Origin: Octopus sinensis
Taxonomy: Eukaryota
Assembly: GCF_006345805.1 (NCBI RefSeq)
Contig: NC_042998.1
Span: 49,104,001-49,168,000 of the forward strand
Direction of reading: 5' to 3'
DNA: 64,000 nucleotides
Part shown: piece after piece, positions 41,201-54,300 of the stretch
How positions within the stretch are numbered: the first letter of the stretch is position 1
How the letters are laid out: each line of letters starts with the position of its first letter
Translations under genes and position numbers: made by a program
Notes under the pieces: model-generated
The model's input: the letters and a program-made list of their open reading frames with translations, nothing else
Databases searched by the model: none
What the model was told of the DNA's origin: nothing

Positions 41201-44200
41201 CTTTTCCCTCGAGTGACTGATGAGACATGCATTGCATTTTATAATATGTAAGTTAGCTCGCCTAGAGATCAATGGACAGCTTATATTTCCATGATAAGTT
41301 GAATGGTTAAGAAGTTCACTTTGCTACCACATGGTCTAGGATTTGTTCCCAGCATTTATCTCTTTTACTAGACCCTCAACCCTACCCCTCTTGCAGTGTG
41401 TCAATGCAAGCTCAAGCTACATACTCAAAATGAAGGCAACATTAATCTAATAGACAAAAACCAAGCCGAATAAATACACTTCTAATAAAAACTAAACATT
41501 CTGATAACATTTAACAACAGGATATTTCATTTTATTTAATAAATTAAAGAGAGAAAATGTATTTTGGTTTACCTTAAACAAAACCAAGAAAGTGATTCTG
41601 CGTATGCCCTTTTCGCTTAATATTTTCTCCTGAATTAAGAAAAGAAATGTATAAAAATAAATTTTAGTTCATTTAAAAAGATATATGTAACAGCTAGTAT
41701 ATGAAACTAATTATTTACACACCAATTTTTTTTTTATATATACCCAGGCCTATTCCCCATTTTTTTTTAGGAGTGGGTAGCCACAAGACACACACCAGGC
41801 ATTCCATTCATTTCTCAGCTCAAAGAGGCGAGCCCCGTTCTATGCTTGGGTCAAGGCATAGAATGCAATCCCCAATATCAGCAGCTGAGCCTGACAGCAT
41901 ATTCTGGTTTACCTCCGCTGCATCATGCTGGTTCTGTACCCCTTTAAGCAACATGAAATTCACTCATCCATCAATAAACACTCTCCAAGCTTTCCTGTCA
42001 TTCATGAATTTTCTTGCCTCTCTCACTCCAATACCTCTAACCACCAAAGCTTTCCTCATTCCATCCATCCTCACGTTTGTTCTTTCTCAAGCCACGCCTG
42101 GCTCATAAGGGCCGGTTTCCCAGTTTCTTAGGCATATAGGTTCCCCACCTGGACAGGACGCTGGTACATCGCAGGTGAGCAGCAAGATGCAGGAGGAAAA
42201 AGTGAGAGAAAGTTGTGGCAAAAGACTCAGCAGAGGTTCACCATTACCTTCTGCCAGAGCCGTGTGGAGCTTAGGTGTTTTGCTCATAAACACACACATC
42301 GCCTGGTCTGAGATTTGAACCCACAATCCCTTGACCGCGAGTCTGCTGCTCTAACCACTAGGCCATGTGCCTCCACATCAATCCACATAGCTGAGTTAAA
42401 ATAATTCCTATAATAAAATAATATAGATGGTAGTCTCTCATAGTCAAAGAAAGACAGTTCTGCAATTTCATGCTGAACAACCAGCATGAATGACTTGTTT
42501 ATAGTGAGCAAATGTTTGTGCTGTATATTAGCTCACTCGCTTGGTCAAATCAATGGACATTGCTTGAACAGGTGTATGGTGTACCACGCATCAGGTAATG
42601 ACATAATTTCAGAACAGCATAAGATGAAATGCTAACCACAAAGTCCAGAAATTGAAACCATAGTCTTGCAATCATGAGTACAACACCCTAACCACTAAGC
42701 CATGTGCCTTCAAAGTAAAATAATATAATTCTAAACTAAACATCATCACTACAGGTACAGGTGTGATTGTGTTATTTTAAGAAGTGTGCTTCCTGACACA
42801 TGGTTCCAGGTTTAGTCCCACTGCATGGCACCTTGAGCAAGTGTATTTTACTATAGCCCTAGGTCGATTAAAGCCTTGTGAGAGGATTTGGTTGATAGAA
42901 CCTGAAAATATTAGTTTCGTATCTATTCAAAGAAATTCTTCGTTATTTGAAAAATCAAGTACTTTAGTGCAATGGTCAAAATTTTTGCTGACTAAATTAT
43001 TAACCACATTTCAATTCCCAAATGAACCATGCATTAAAAAACATAGAAACACCACAACACTACACTTTTTAAAAATTTATTTCTCCAGCTGTAACTTAGA
43101 TGTTTTATAGCAAAGTTTCTGAAAAATACTTCATATTACAATAAGAACCACCAACCTTCTCCTTACAGAACTCTTGAAATGTTCGAGCCAAAGTTTCATC
43201 ATCCAGTTTCTCAGAATATTTGATAGACACATTGATAATATTAATAGGCTCGTCAATGTCAGATGTACTCTATAGAGGATAAAAGAAAATTCATTTACTG
43301 TTCATTTAGAACACACAACGACTAAATAATCGAGCATACATGATGAGTTGAAATAGAATTGAAAAACAAAGTATTACTATCAAAAATGGATTGCATAACT
43401 AAAATTACTACTAACTTGTATAGAAACAGCATCTTCCATTCCTGATTGTAAAGTCTTCTGTATTAAAGGAATTTCAGATGCATCTTCATCAGAAAACCTC
43501 AGCATTAATTCATCAAAATATCTAAAACAAACAAGTTATAAAAAAATTAATGAGAATGGGAAACCTGAATTACATCTCAATAATTTGTTCCCTTAGTTAA
43601 CCCTTTCGTTACTGTATTTATTTTGAGATGCTCTGTGTTTCTTTCAATTACTTTAAATATAACAAAAAAATTTAGTAAACTAACTTAGTTATCATTCAGC
43701 TAGTGTTAGGAACATAAATTGTGACTAAGGTTTGGTGGAAGATTTTAATTCAAAACTTATGAAAATAAGACATTTGTACTCAGAGCCAGAGCTGGTTTCA
43801 GTTGGGTTGGTAATGAAAGGGTTAACTGGAACAAGAACTGAGTGAATTCACTTTGTAAGAACAATTTTGTAGAATTATAAATTATTTATTGTAACTATAA
43901 AATAATTTACTTTTACAATAAGAATAACATTAAATGGTTTCAAATTGGTTTCAAATTTTGGTACCATGTCAGCAATTTCAGAGGGAGGGGGTAAGTTGAT
44001 TACATCAACTCCAGTGCTCAACTGGTACTTATTTTATTGATCTCAGAAGGATAAAAGGCAAAGCTGACTGAGGCAGAATTTGAACTCAGAACGTGAAGAC
44101 AGATAAAATGCCACTAAGCATTTTGTCTGGCATGCTAATGATTCTGCCAGCTCACTCACTGCCTTAAATAGTCCAATATTTAAAACAAAAAAAATACTAT

Positions 44201-47200
44201 CTTATCCCTTTTGATACCAACCTACTTGAGACTGCCCCAATTCTATAATACAAATTTCTTGTTTTAAAGGGATTTAAATTAAAACTTTCTCTCAGACATT
44301 CATGTTAATTTGTGTCTCAAACACTATCTTTAAAACAACTAAGTCATTTTACTAAATTATTCATTATTTTGAAAATTAACTGAAACAAAAGCAGTGTGTT
44401 TCAAAAGAAATATGGTAACAAAAGGGTTAAAGATAAATATAGAATAAACCACCTTTGCTTTGAATTTGTTGACCTGGAAATTAGCTTTTAGCCAGGTTTC
44501 TTCTGTAGGCTGGTGGGCTCTAACAAAACAGTCAGATGAATGGCATATTTAGGATATGTATTAATTTTGGAACTGTGGTTTTGAGTTTATTGTTAAGAGG
44601 ATTATTGTAATTTATGTCAGTGACACAGTTATGTTTGAGAATGTAACAACCACTGTAATCTTTATATATACACCTTACCAATAAGATTAACAGATGAGTG
44701 AATGGGCCATTTTTGTTTTCAAGTACATAGTAAGTGCTACTGATAAAGTTGATGATCAGAATTTCATTATCAAAAGTAATTTTAATTGTTATGTTAATTC
44801 ACTTGAACAAATATAATATATATATATCTGAAGGGTTATGACTGGAAAAATATATGGAACTTATTTGATGCCAATTATTCTAACATCTGCAGCATAAACT
44901 CAGAAAATAAGGCAGTCAGTCAAAAGATTTTGAATTAGATTGGTGTTATTGTGGCCAAGAAAATGCATAAGCAAATGGTTATAAACTCAGAATTTATTTG
45001 TTGTCAGTAATATCTCATTCCAATTTAGGCTAGTGGGTTGTGGATTTAGATTAAAAGCATTAGGAGCAGCTAGGATAAATACAGTGGAGAAAGTTGCTAT
45101 TATGAACGATATGCTACAAGTGCCTCTAGTAAAGGCTTTTATGTTTCATAGAAAACTCATAAAAATGTAAAGGATAGCTGTGTCTCTGTTGTCCCTGTAA
45201 TGGATGTAGCTGTATAGACTATATTGAATGAGACATTGCCACTGAAATGTTTACCTGACATATCTAATTGATCTGTTCTTATTGTCATCACCCTTGGTAG
45301 CTTTTTATTTTTCTGATTACAATTGACAACTTTTGGTGATTATTAAGATATTCCTGCAGCTCTCAACTGAAATATGGATTTTTTGGTTTCATGTTCTGAT
45401 ACAAACCTAAACTGTAACTCTAACTTGTACAAACTTTTAACTCTCTCAACTACTTTCAAAGCTTGGTTATCAACTGCTTGTCTCCAATATATCACTTTTA
45501 CCCTTGAAGTAGTTGATGATGTAGTGTCAGTCCTTGGGGATTGCACCTTCCTGCACTAATCACACAACAAAGTTAATAATAGAGTATATAGAATGTAAAA
45601 AAAAAAAGCTTCCAATTCACCAAACTGTACGCAAGATTGTTTTGTGCATGCACACATGGACGTTTAGCCATACAAAAACATACATGTGCTTCATACACCC
45701 TTGTATTTGAAGTGTGTAGAGTGTAATGTATGTATATATGGTAACTAATATTAACAAACCATTCCTGAAAAGTCCCCTTCAGCCAGCCTTGTTAGGGCAA
45801 CAGTACATTGTTACCAACTTTGTTAGGGCAACAGAATATTGTTGCCCAAATAGTATACTAAGTTATTAAGATAAAAGGAATAAAATAGATAACTAATTTG
45901 TTATTTCTTTCAACCCATTGATGTATGTATTATCACTCAGATAAAGCTAGTTGTAAACTTCATTTAGTTACTTACTCTCTGAGTTCTGCAAATGATGAGA
46001 AAGCAGCAACAATACCCATCCTCTCAGTGAGCATGGAAGATTCATTATGATCCCATTGCTGTTTTATATCATCTTTTGCTATGCCGCCATCAAACCGCAT
46101 TACCATCAATCTGGAAAAGAAAAATATATAAATAAGAAAAAAATCCATAAGAACACAAGAACTCCAACAAGCATTCTCCAACAGGTTGATCCTTTATAGT
46201 GTTTCAATGAAAAAGCCATATTTTTAAAACAGACACTGTCAATGATGGTAATTAAGATATTTCTATATGTTACACTCATTTGTAGAGCCTTCTAATATTA
46301 TTTAACTCACATTGGCTGATAGTTTGTGTTTTATTGCTTCAAAGAAGAGAAGAAAAAAAACAAAATATTTTGCCAACCTATTAATCAAGCGCAGCACTAC
46401 TTATCAAATTCTTCAGTGAAGTCACAGACACTATATCTTCTTCTTCGTTAAACTTCAGAAACAAAATGTACTTCATCTTCCTTCTCTCTGTATTATCAAT
46501 AGCAACATAAGACACTGCTTCCCTAAACTTAATGCTTAAATATCATCTCTCATACCTTTTCCTGTCGTCCTGAATGGACTTCATATCTCTTGACTCTGTC
46601 CTAAGCACTTTGCCAAATCCTGAATCCCTATAACTGAAGCCATCTGAAACCCCTGCCTTATTTAAGTTTACCTTTACACACACACGCAAATAACCGACAT
46701 TCAAAAATTCATGAACATTACCAAGCACTGTGCCTCTTCACCATCAACCTATGAATATTCTGGAAACATCAAGAACATCACTCTTCCCCCACCTCAAACT
46801 AAATACAACTTCTAGGTCAAGAGATGACACGTCTAGTAATATCAGTTTCAAATTTTGGCACAAGGCCAGCAGTTTCAAGGGAGAGGGTAGGTTGAGTAGA
46901 TTAACCACAGTGTTCAAATGGTACTTATTTTATCAACCCCAAGATGATGATGGGTAAAGTTGACCCCAGTGGTATTTAAACTCAGAGTGTAAAGATGGAC
47001 AAAATACTGCTAAGCATTTTGCTTGGAGCGCCAATGATTCTGCCAGCTCGCCACCCTGTAATGTCTTGTAATTTTCTTATAGGATTGTTATAAATGTCAA
47101 CTTTCATATATTCAATATGAATTAACAGCAGTACAATACATTTTGTTTAGCAACAAAGAGTTTCTCAAAATATATTTAGCCAAACTAATGCTTATGGATT

Positions 47201-48322
47201 AAATGTTTATTTCCTCTTAGACTTATTAAGTCTTTGAGTTCTTTATTTTAAGTGGCCAGACAGCTCATTTGAATTTGTCCACCTGCTGGAATATAAACTA
47301 AACACAAATGACATTTTTATACCTATGCCTCACCAAGGACCCACTAGTGAACTGAATCTAGGGTTATACTTTGGATTTAGTACTTGCATTATCTACAGTA
47401 TCCAGCTAACACTTGAAGCCTTCAATGTTGTTTTATTTCACTCTGAGTTCTACGTGATCATAAGACCCCAGGACTTATTCTTTGTAAACCTAGTACTCAT
47501 TATATCGGTCTCTTTTACCAAACTGCTAAGTTACAGGGAAATAAAGGCACCAGCATCAGTTGTCAAGCAATGTTGGGGAGACAAGCACAGACACACATAT
47601 ATATATTATGGTGGGCTTCTTTCAGTTTCCATCTACCAAATCCACTCACAAGACTTTGGTCAGCCCAAGGCTATAATAGAAGACACTTGCCCAAGGTGCC
47701 ATACAGGGAGACTGAACCTGGAACCATATGGTTGGTAAGCAAGCTACTTACCACACAGCCACTCCTGTTTTATTTGTTTCACTCATTTGACTAGTGCCAT
47801 GTTGGAGCACTGAAGGATTTTTAAAGCCAAGCACTTATTCTGTTGTTCTCATTTGCCAAACTGCTAAGTTATGGGGACGTAAACACACCAACAACAGGGG
47901 GGACAAATACAGACACACACACATATACATATATATATATTCTTTTATTCTTTTACTTGTTTCAGTCATTTCACTGCAGCCATGCAGGAGCACTGCCTTT
48001 AGTCAAGCAAATCAACCATAGAGCTTATTTTTTGTAAGTCTAGTACTTATTCTATCGGTCTCTTTTGCCAAACTGCCAAGTTACAGGGACATAAACATAC
48101 CAGCATCAGTTGTCAAGCAATGTTGGGGGGACAAACACAGACACACAAACATATACACACACATACATACGACAGGCTTCTTCCAGTTTCCGTCTACCAA
48201 ATCCACTCACAAGGCTCTGGTCAGCCTTGCCAAAGGTGCCTCGCAGTGGAATTGAACCCAGGACCATGTGGTTGGTAAGCAAATTACTTACCATACAGCC
48301 ACTCCTGCGCATATATATACAC

Positions 48323-48355
<33 letters not shown>

Positions 48356-51300
48356 TATATATATACACACACACACACACACATATATATATATGCATAC
48401 ATGAAAACAGCTTTCTTTGTCAAAGTATAGATGAAGGGAAGCATGTATGCACATGTGTGTGCGCACACGCACATATATACATGCATGCATACATACATAC
48501 ACACACACATACATACTACATACATACATACATGAAAACAGCTTTCTTTGTCATAGTATAGATGAGGGGAAGCATGTATGCACATGTGTGTGCACATACA
48601 CATCAAAGCCTTTCTGGCTGTGTTTGTCCCTCCGCAACTGGTGTGAGCAGAAAGAGACCAATAGAATAATGACTGGACTCCAAAAAGAGAGACCGGAGTC
48701 AAATTCTCCAACTAAAAACCCTTCAAGATAGAGCCCAGCATGGCTGCAGTCCAGTGACTGAAACAAGTATAAAGAATAGTCTTCCTTGTTCTTTGTAAAT
48801 CAATTCAGTTATAAACAACATGTAACAATATTATTGGGTTGGTGCATATTATTGCAGCCTTTTTTTCAACAAATTTTATTCAACAAAAACAATAACAGCA
48901 TGTAACAAAAACATCTTCAGATGGTTATTCTGGAGCATATTCACCATCTACTTCAATTGCTGCTTCCCATTTGCTTGGCAGATGGTCAAACCGTCATTTA
49001 AAGACGTTTTTGTTAAATATTGTTATTGTTTTTGTTAAATAAAAATGTGCTAAAAAAAAAAAGCCACAATAGTTAATCACCAACCCAATACTATGAAACT
49101 TATGACATGAAACTAAATAAAAGATGGCTTGTGAATATGCAGGAACTTGAACATGGCTACAAGAACCTGGTTAAAGTGAAAGAATGCTTAAGAGATGAGT
49201 TCATCAGCAGAGCATCAACGTCCCATCACCACCACCACCCACTGACATATACAACAAAGATAAAAGAACATGTAAGAAATAACATCTGAAAGGAAGGTGC
49301 ATGCTGGGAAAGAAAGTGGTACAAAGTGGGTAATAGAGGCTACAAAACTGGGCAAAGTCAAAACAGAATAAGGATGTACAGGGGATAGATATCATCTAGG
49401 AAGGTGAGACAGCACTGTATCATGTTGAAAGGTGATAGGTTATGAATAAACTATAAATATATATTCAATAATAAATTGATACATGTGTTTGTGTACGTAT
49501 GACAATATCAAGTATTAGATAGCTCTCCAAATCTAGATATTTGCAACAATTCTATGACTAAATACCAATTTCTTTATTACCCACAAGGGGCTAAACACAG
49601 AGGGGACAAACAAAGACAGACATAGGTATTAAGTCGATTACATCGACCCCAGTGCATAACTGGTACTTAATTTATCCACCCCGAAAGGATGAAAGGCAAA
49701 GCCGACCTCGGCGGAATTTGAACTCACAATGTAACGGCAGACGAAATACCACTAAGCATTTCGCCCGGCGTGCTAACGTTTCTGCCAGCTCGCCGCCTAT
49801 GACTAAATACCAACTATTAAACCAAGAGGTAAGAATGATGCACACATTTTTGCATTAGGTATCTTTTCTATTATAAGCACAAGGCCTAAAATGTTGGGGG
49901 AAATGGGTTAGTCAATCACACCAAGCCCAGTACTCAACTAGTACTTAATGGACCCCAAAAGGATGAAAGTGAAAGTTGACCTCGGTAGTATTTGAACTCA
50001 GAATGTAAAGCCAGAAGAAATGCTGCTAAGCATTTTGTCCAGCATGATTCCACCAACTCAAGAATACACAGTAAATACAGAGAACACTTAGTAACCCAAG
50101 CCATGAGGGAATGGGGGGAGGGGGGCAATGACAATAGAAAGACCAGAAACAATGGCTGAGAGGTGGGAATGGGGTAAGAGTATAATTGAGAAGTACTCCA
50201 TAACTTAGGGTGTGTACATTTGTGATAGAGAGTGAAGATGGGAAGAATGACATTGGACAGACCAGAATGGGTAGATAAAAGAACCAAGACCATGATGCAA
50301 AGGCAGGGTTATTGGAGGAGGAGTCGGGGGGGGGGGGTGACTGACAGTGGCAGAAGTGGACAAAGGTTAACATGAGTGATGAGACAGAGGTAAAGGTAAA
50401 TGACAGGTGGTAACAGAAGTGGCCAAGCAGAGAGGGAAAGGAAGAGAGGGATGGTATATTGGGTAGGGAGTTGAGGGTGGTCTGATGCTGTGTCATATAC
50501 ACAGGCCTAGTGAAGGGCAAAGGAGCTGGAGTGATGAGGATGATGTCAACACAAGTGGTGGAGTGATGGAGAGCTATGAGTGATAAAGAGACAAACAAAA
50601 AGAGGGAACAATATGGGGATGAATGATGCAGAGTAAGGAGGGTAGCTAATATTAGGCTTTGCCAGGTACAAAATATTTCAGCCTCTAAATATTACAGTTC
50701 TATATTTAAGAGATGAGGAATTATGTATATTATTTACATTTGACAGATCTTTGTCCTCATCTTGTTTGTTGTTAACACAACGTTTTGGTTGATATACCCT
50801 CCTGCCTTCATCAGGTGTCTTGGGGAAATTTCGAACCTGGGTTCTCATTCCTAAGGTATTTTTTGATGTTGTTGTTATTATTATTATCCAGGCCACTGCC
50901 TGGAATCGAACTCGAAATCTTGGGGTTAGTAGCCCGTACTCTTAACCCCAAGATTCCAAGTTTGATTCCAGACAGTGACCTGAACAACAACTAAGTTGTC
51001 GTCGTCATTATCATCATCATCATCATCATCATTGAAAAATACCTTAGGAATGAGAACCCAGGTTCGAATCTTCCTCAAGACACCTGATGAAGGCTGGAGG
51101 GTATACCAGCCGAAACATTGTGTTAACAACAAACAAGACGAGGACAAATATCTATCAACTGTAAATAATGTACTCTAAATATTACCCTCATACCAAGGTG
51201 TGTTTTGCTGTGGTTGGACAGATCATCACTAATCAGTATGGTCTTTTGTTGTCTGTTCTGCAAAATGCAGCATCTTCAGTTCAGTCTTCACCACTTCATG

Positions 51301-54300
51301 ACAACACTTCCTTAGTCCCCCCACCACCACCAGAATTTTCTATGTCAGCACTCCCTTATGCAGCAGTCATCTCCCAAACATCTCACATGCCCATATTAAT
51401 GCGACCTTCTCTCTTGTATACTATACCTGATTCTTCTTCACCTAGATATTTCTCTCAGATTATTCATACACTGTTCATATCATCAGTAACATTTCAGATT
51501 TCAAAAAATACTATCATAAAATAATTGCCACACACATTTTATCCAGAAATCCAGAAAATTATATATACAAACCATTTTACCTGTTTCACCTGACCCCAAA
51601 CTCTACACCAACTACCTCTAGAAAAACAAAAGCTGTCATACAATAAGCCCACTTTGCCAGTCTTTTCCGTGGCCACAGGAGCTTTAAGACCATCTTTGAA
51701 TATTCTAAAGAGAAATACAAAAGCAATAGCCTATATGGTGATGTGTAGGGAAGCTATGCACCTCCTCGTGCCAACCATTGACAAACAATGTCTATAGTAA
51801 TACTTGAGTAGATTGAACCAGGGTTCACTAGATCTATAACATTTGATCAGGTACCACCAGAACATAAATCTTCTCAAGAAGGAAGTTATTCAACAGCCAC
51901 AACAGTGAATGAAAAATGAATGAAAACAGGTGAAGGTTAGGACAATGTTTAAGACAGAGACGACAGTTAGTGAGAAATGGAAACAGAGTTTCATGCCAAA
52001 GATGTTAGAGGTTGAAGGACAGAAGGTGTGAGGTTAGCAGGGCTACGTCAAGAAGAACAAGGTTCAGAGAAAGCAGGGATTAAATATAAAGGTGAAAAAA
52101 ACTGGGGGTTTTTTTAACGTAAATTTTAATGCAAATATGATGCCTTAGGAGAAACGTTGGCTACACATACACCTGATACTGTGAAGGAGATGAAAGATTA
52201 AATATGAAAGAATCATTTAAAAACAAAATGCAATGACCTGCATTTAAATTAGAACAGGAGGAGAAAACAGTAGTTAAATGTAGAAATGAAATACTAATTA
52301 CAAAGTTCAAACTATAGATATAGAAATAATATCACTGTAAATACATTAGATTACATTACTATATCGATACGTGCACGTATGAGTAAATATATTAATACAT
52401 TATGAAACAAACAATTATAATGTAAACCACAACAATAACTATTCAGAAGTTATATGATTATGCACACAGAGCAGGATGCCAAAATGCATTTTTAAATAAT
52501 ACCTAAGTTGCAGTAAATCTTTTTGAAAAACATGATGATAGAATGAGCTTCTCCATTGCTATTGCTACAACTCCTCAAAGGCAAGGAACAGAGTTCTGAG
52601 TAGGTAGCAGTGATGGATGGGGTGGATGGTGTCATCAAAAGATTTGGCAGAGAAATGGATAGATCAGGAGTTCGCAACAACTTTTTATTTATGGACCCCT
52701 TTGATTACTATTTTTATGCTGGTGGACCCCTTGGCCATTCAATGTTTAAAAACTAATTTTAATAGAAACTTCTTTCAAAATTCCTATTTTACGTTTCACA
52801 AATTAACTTGTGTAAGTAGTAATATGTAAACTGTTAGAGAAAGGAACCTAACTGATTCTTGTAATAAATACACCTAAAGTAAAAATTTTCAGGGGCCCTT
52901 AAAATACTAATGTAGATCCCCAATTTACTATTTTGTTATGTGGACCCAAACCCCTCTTATATGAACCCTCAAGGGCCATATGGACCCTGGTTGAGAACCA
53001 CTGGGATAGATAAAGTGGTTGAAGTAATCAGAGTGTGATAGGGTACTTAAGCTTAAGACTAGTCTTAGAAAACATCACAGCATTTATTTCTGCATACACT
53101 CCACAGGCTGGCTTGGCATATGAACAGAAAGACCTTTTCTAACACACACACACACGGATACGTTTTGTGGATAATGTGGGGATGATAAAATGATAGTATC
53201 ATAATGCGAGATGTAGTTGATGTTCTCAAATTAAATTACTTCATTTATACAATTGTTCAACTTCAGCAAAAAATAGAACTTCCCCATTCGATGACACTTT
53301 ACATCTGAAATAAGATATCTCAGAAAGATGCATATGTGTCTGCATATACATGCTTTATCGTCATCCTCATTCTACATCTATTTTTCTATGCTGACATATG
53401 TAGTATGGATGTCATAGCAACTGGCCATTAATAGCGTAATAATGTTTAGGCAGAAATATTTGCTAACACATCAAAATACAATTAGGCAACAATATATCTG
53501 ATTTGATGAATCACCACAAGAAAAAAAAAATGAAAGAGGGGACTTAGAAAGTATATCGCACATTTTGATTATTCAAAGTGGGATCAACTTTTATTCAATC
53601 CCTATTTTACTGTCTACAATGAGGTCATTTAATAACTGTGACAGATGTTTAAAGCTCTGATGTATTTGTAGTAACGTAAATGAAATACATAAAGATAAAT
53701 GTTAACGTAAGGTTATTATTTTAAAGCAAGTTTAAGATTAACAACAGAATATTTACTGAAGGAAAGATTCAATGTGAAAAGCAGAGTCAAACATTATAAT
53801 TTATTTTGATGGCAACTTTAGCTTTCATATGATGGTTTATTTAACTAGACTGGTTGAACAAGTCTTTAAGTGAACATATAATGGATCTTTTCGGTTTGAA
53901 CGGCAGTTTTTAACATAATTTCAAGGTAATTAAAAAATTTTAAACTTTGTATACTGGTAGAATGTGATTATAAAACATCTTTTTCCCTTGGCTTTATTGA
54001 GAAAATTCTATAGTTTGTAAGATATTTGTTGTTGTTTTTCTTTAATTTCTGCAATTTCAACCAATCAATGACATCCATTGAGGTAAAAAAAACATTCTGT
54101 GCCGTATGAATATGTCCCTTGTTTACATTAGTGAAGAAAAAAAGATACCCTTCCCCTAACCCTAAAACAGATTGAAATGCAATAGATCGATACTAGGGTC
54201 ATAATTATGGGTGACAATTTCATATGACACCACTAGAAAAAACTGCCATTCAAACCGAAAAGATCCCATATAATTAATATCTTCCTCATGTTTATCAGAG

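Noticed and set aside
48106-48711. 201-aa ORF and overlapping ORFs
   Set aside because: Translation of (TA/CA)n microsatellite and SINE sequence; low-complexity artefact.
50026-50598. 190-aa minus-strand ORF and G-rich tracts (possible G-quadruplex)
   Set aside because: Purine/pyrimidine-biased low-complexity DNA with no domain motif or splice support; the G-runs are not otherwise distinctive.
51581-51589. 9-nt micro-exon candidate (cag|GTGAAACAG|gtaaaa)
   Set aside because: Poor polypyrimidine tract, and it introduces an in-frame TGA in the required phase.
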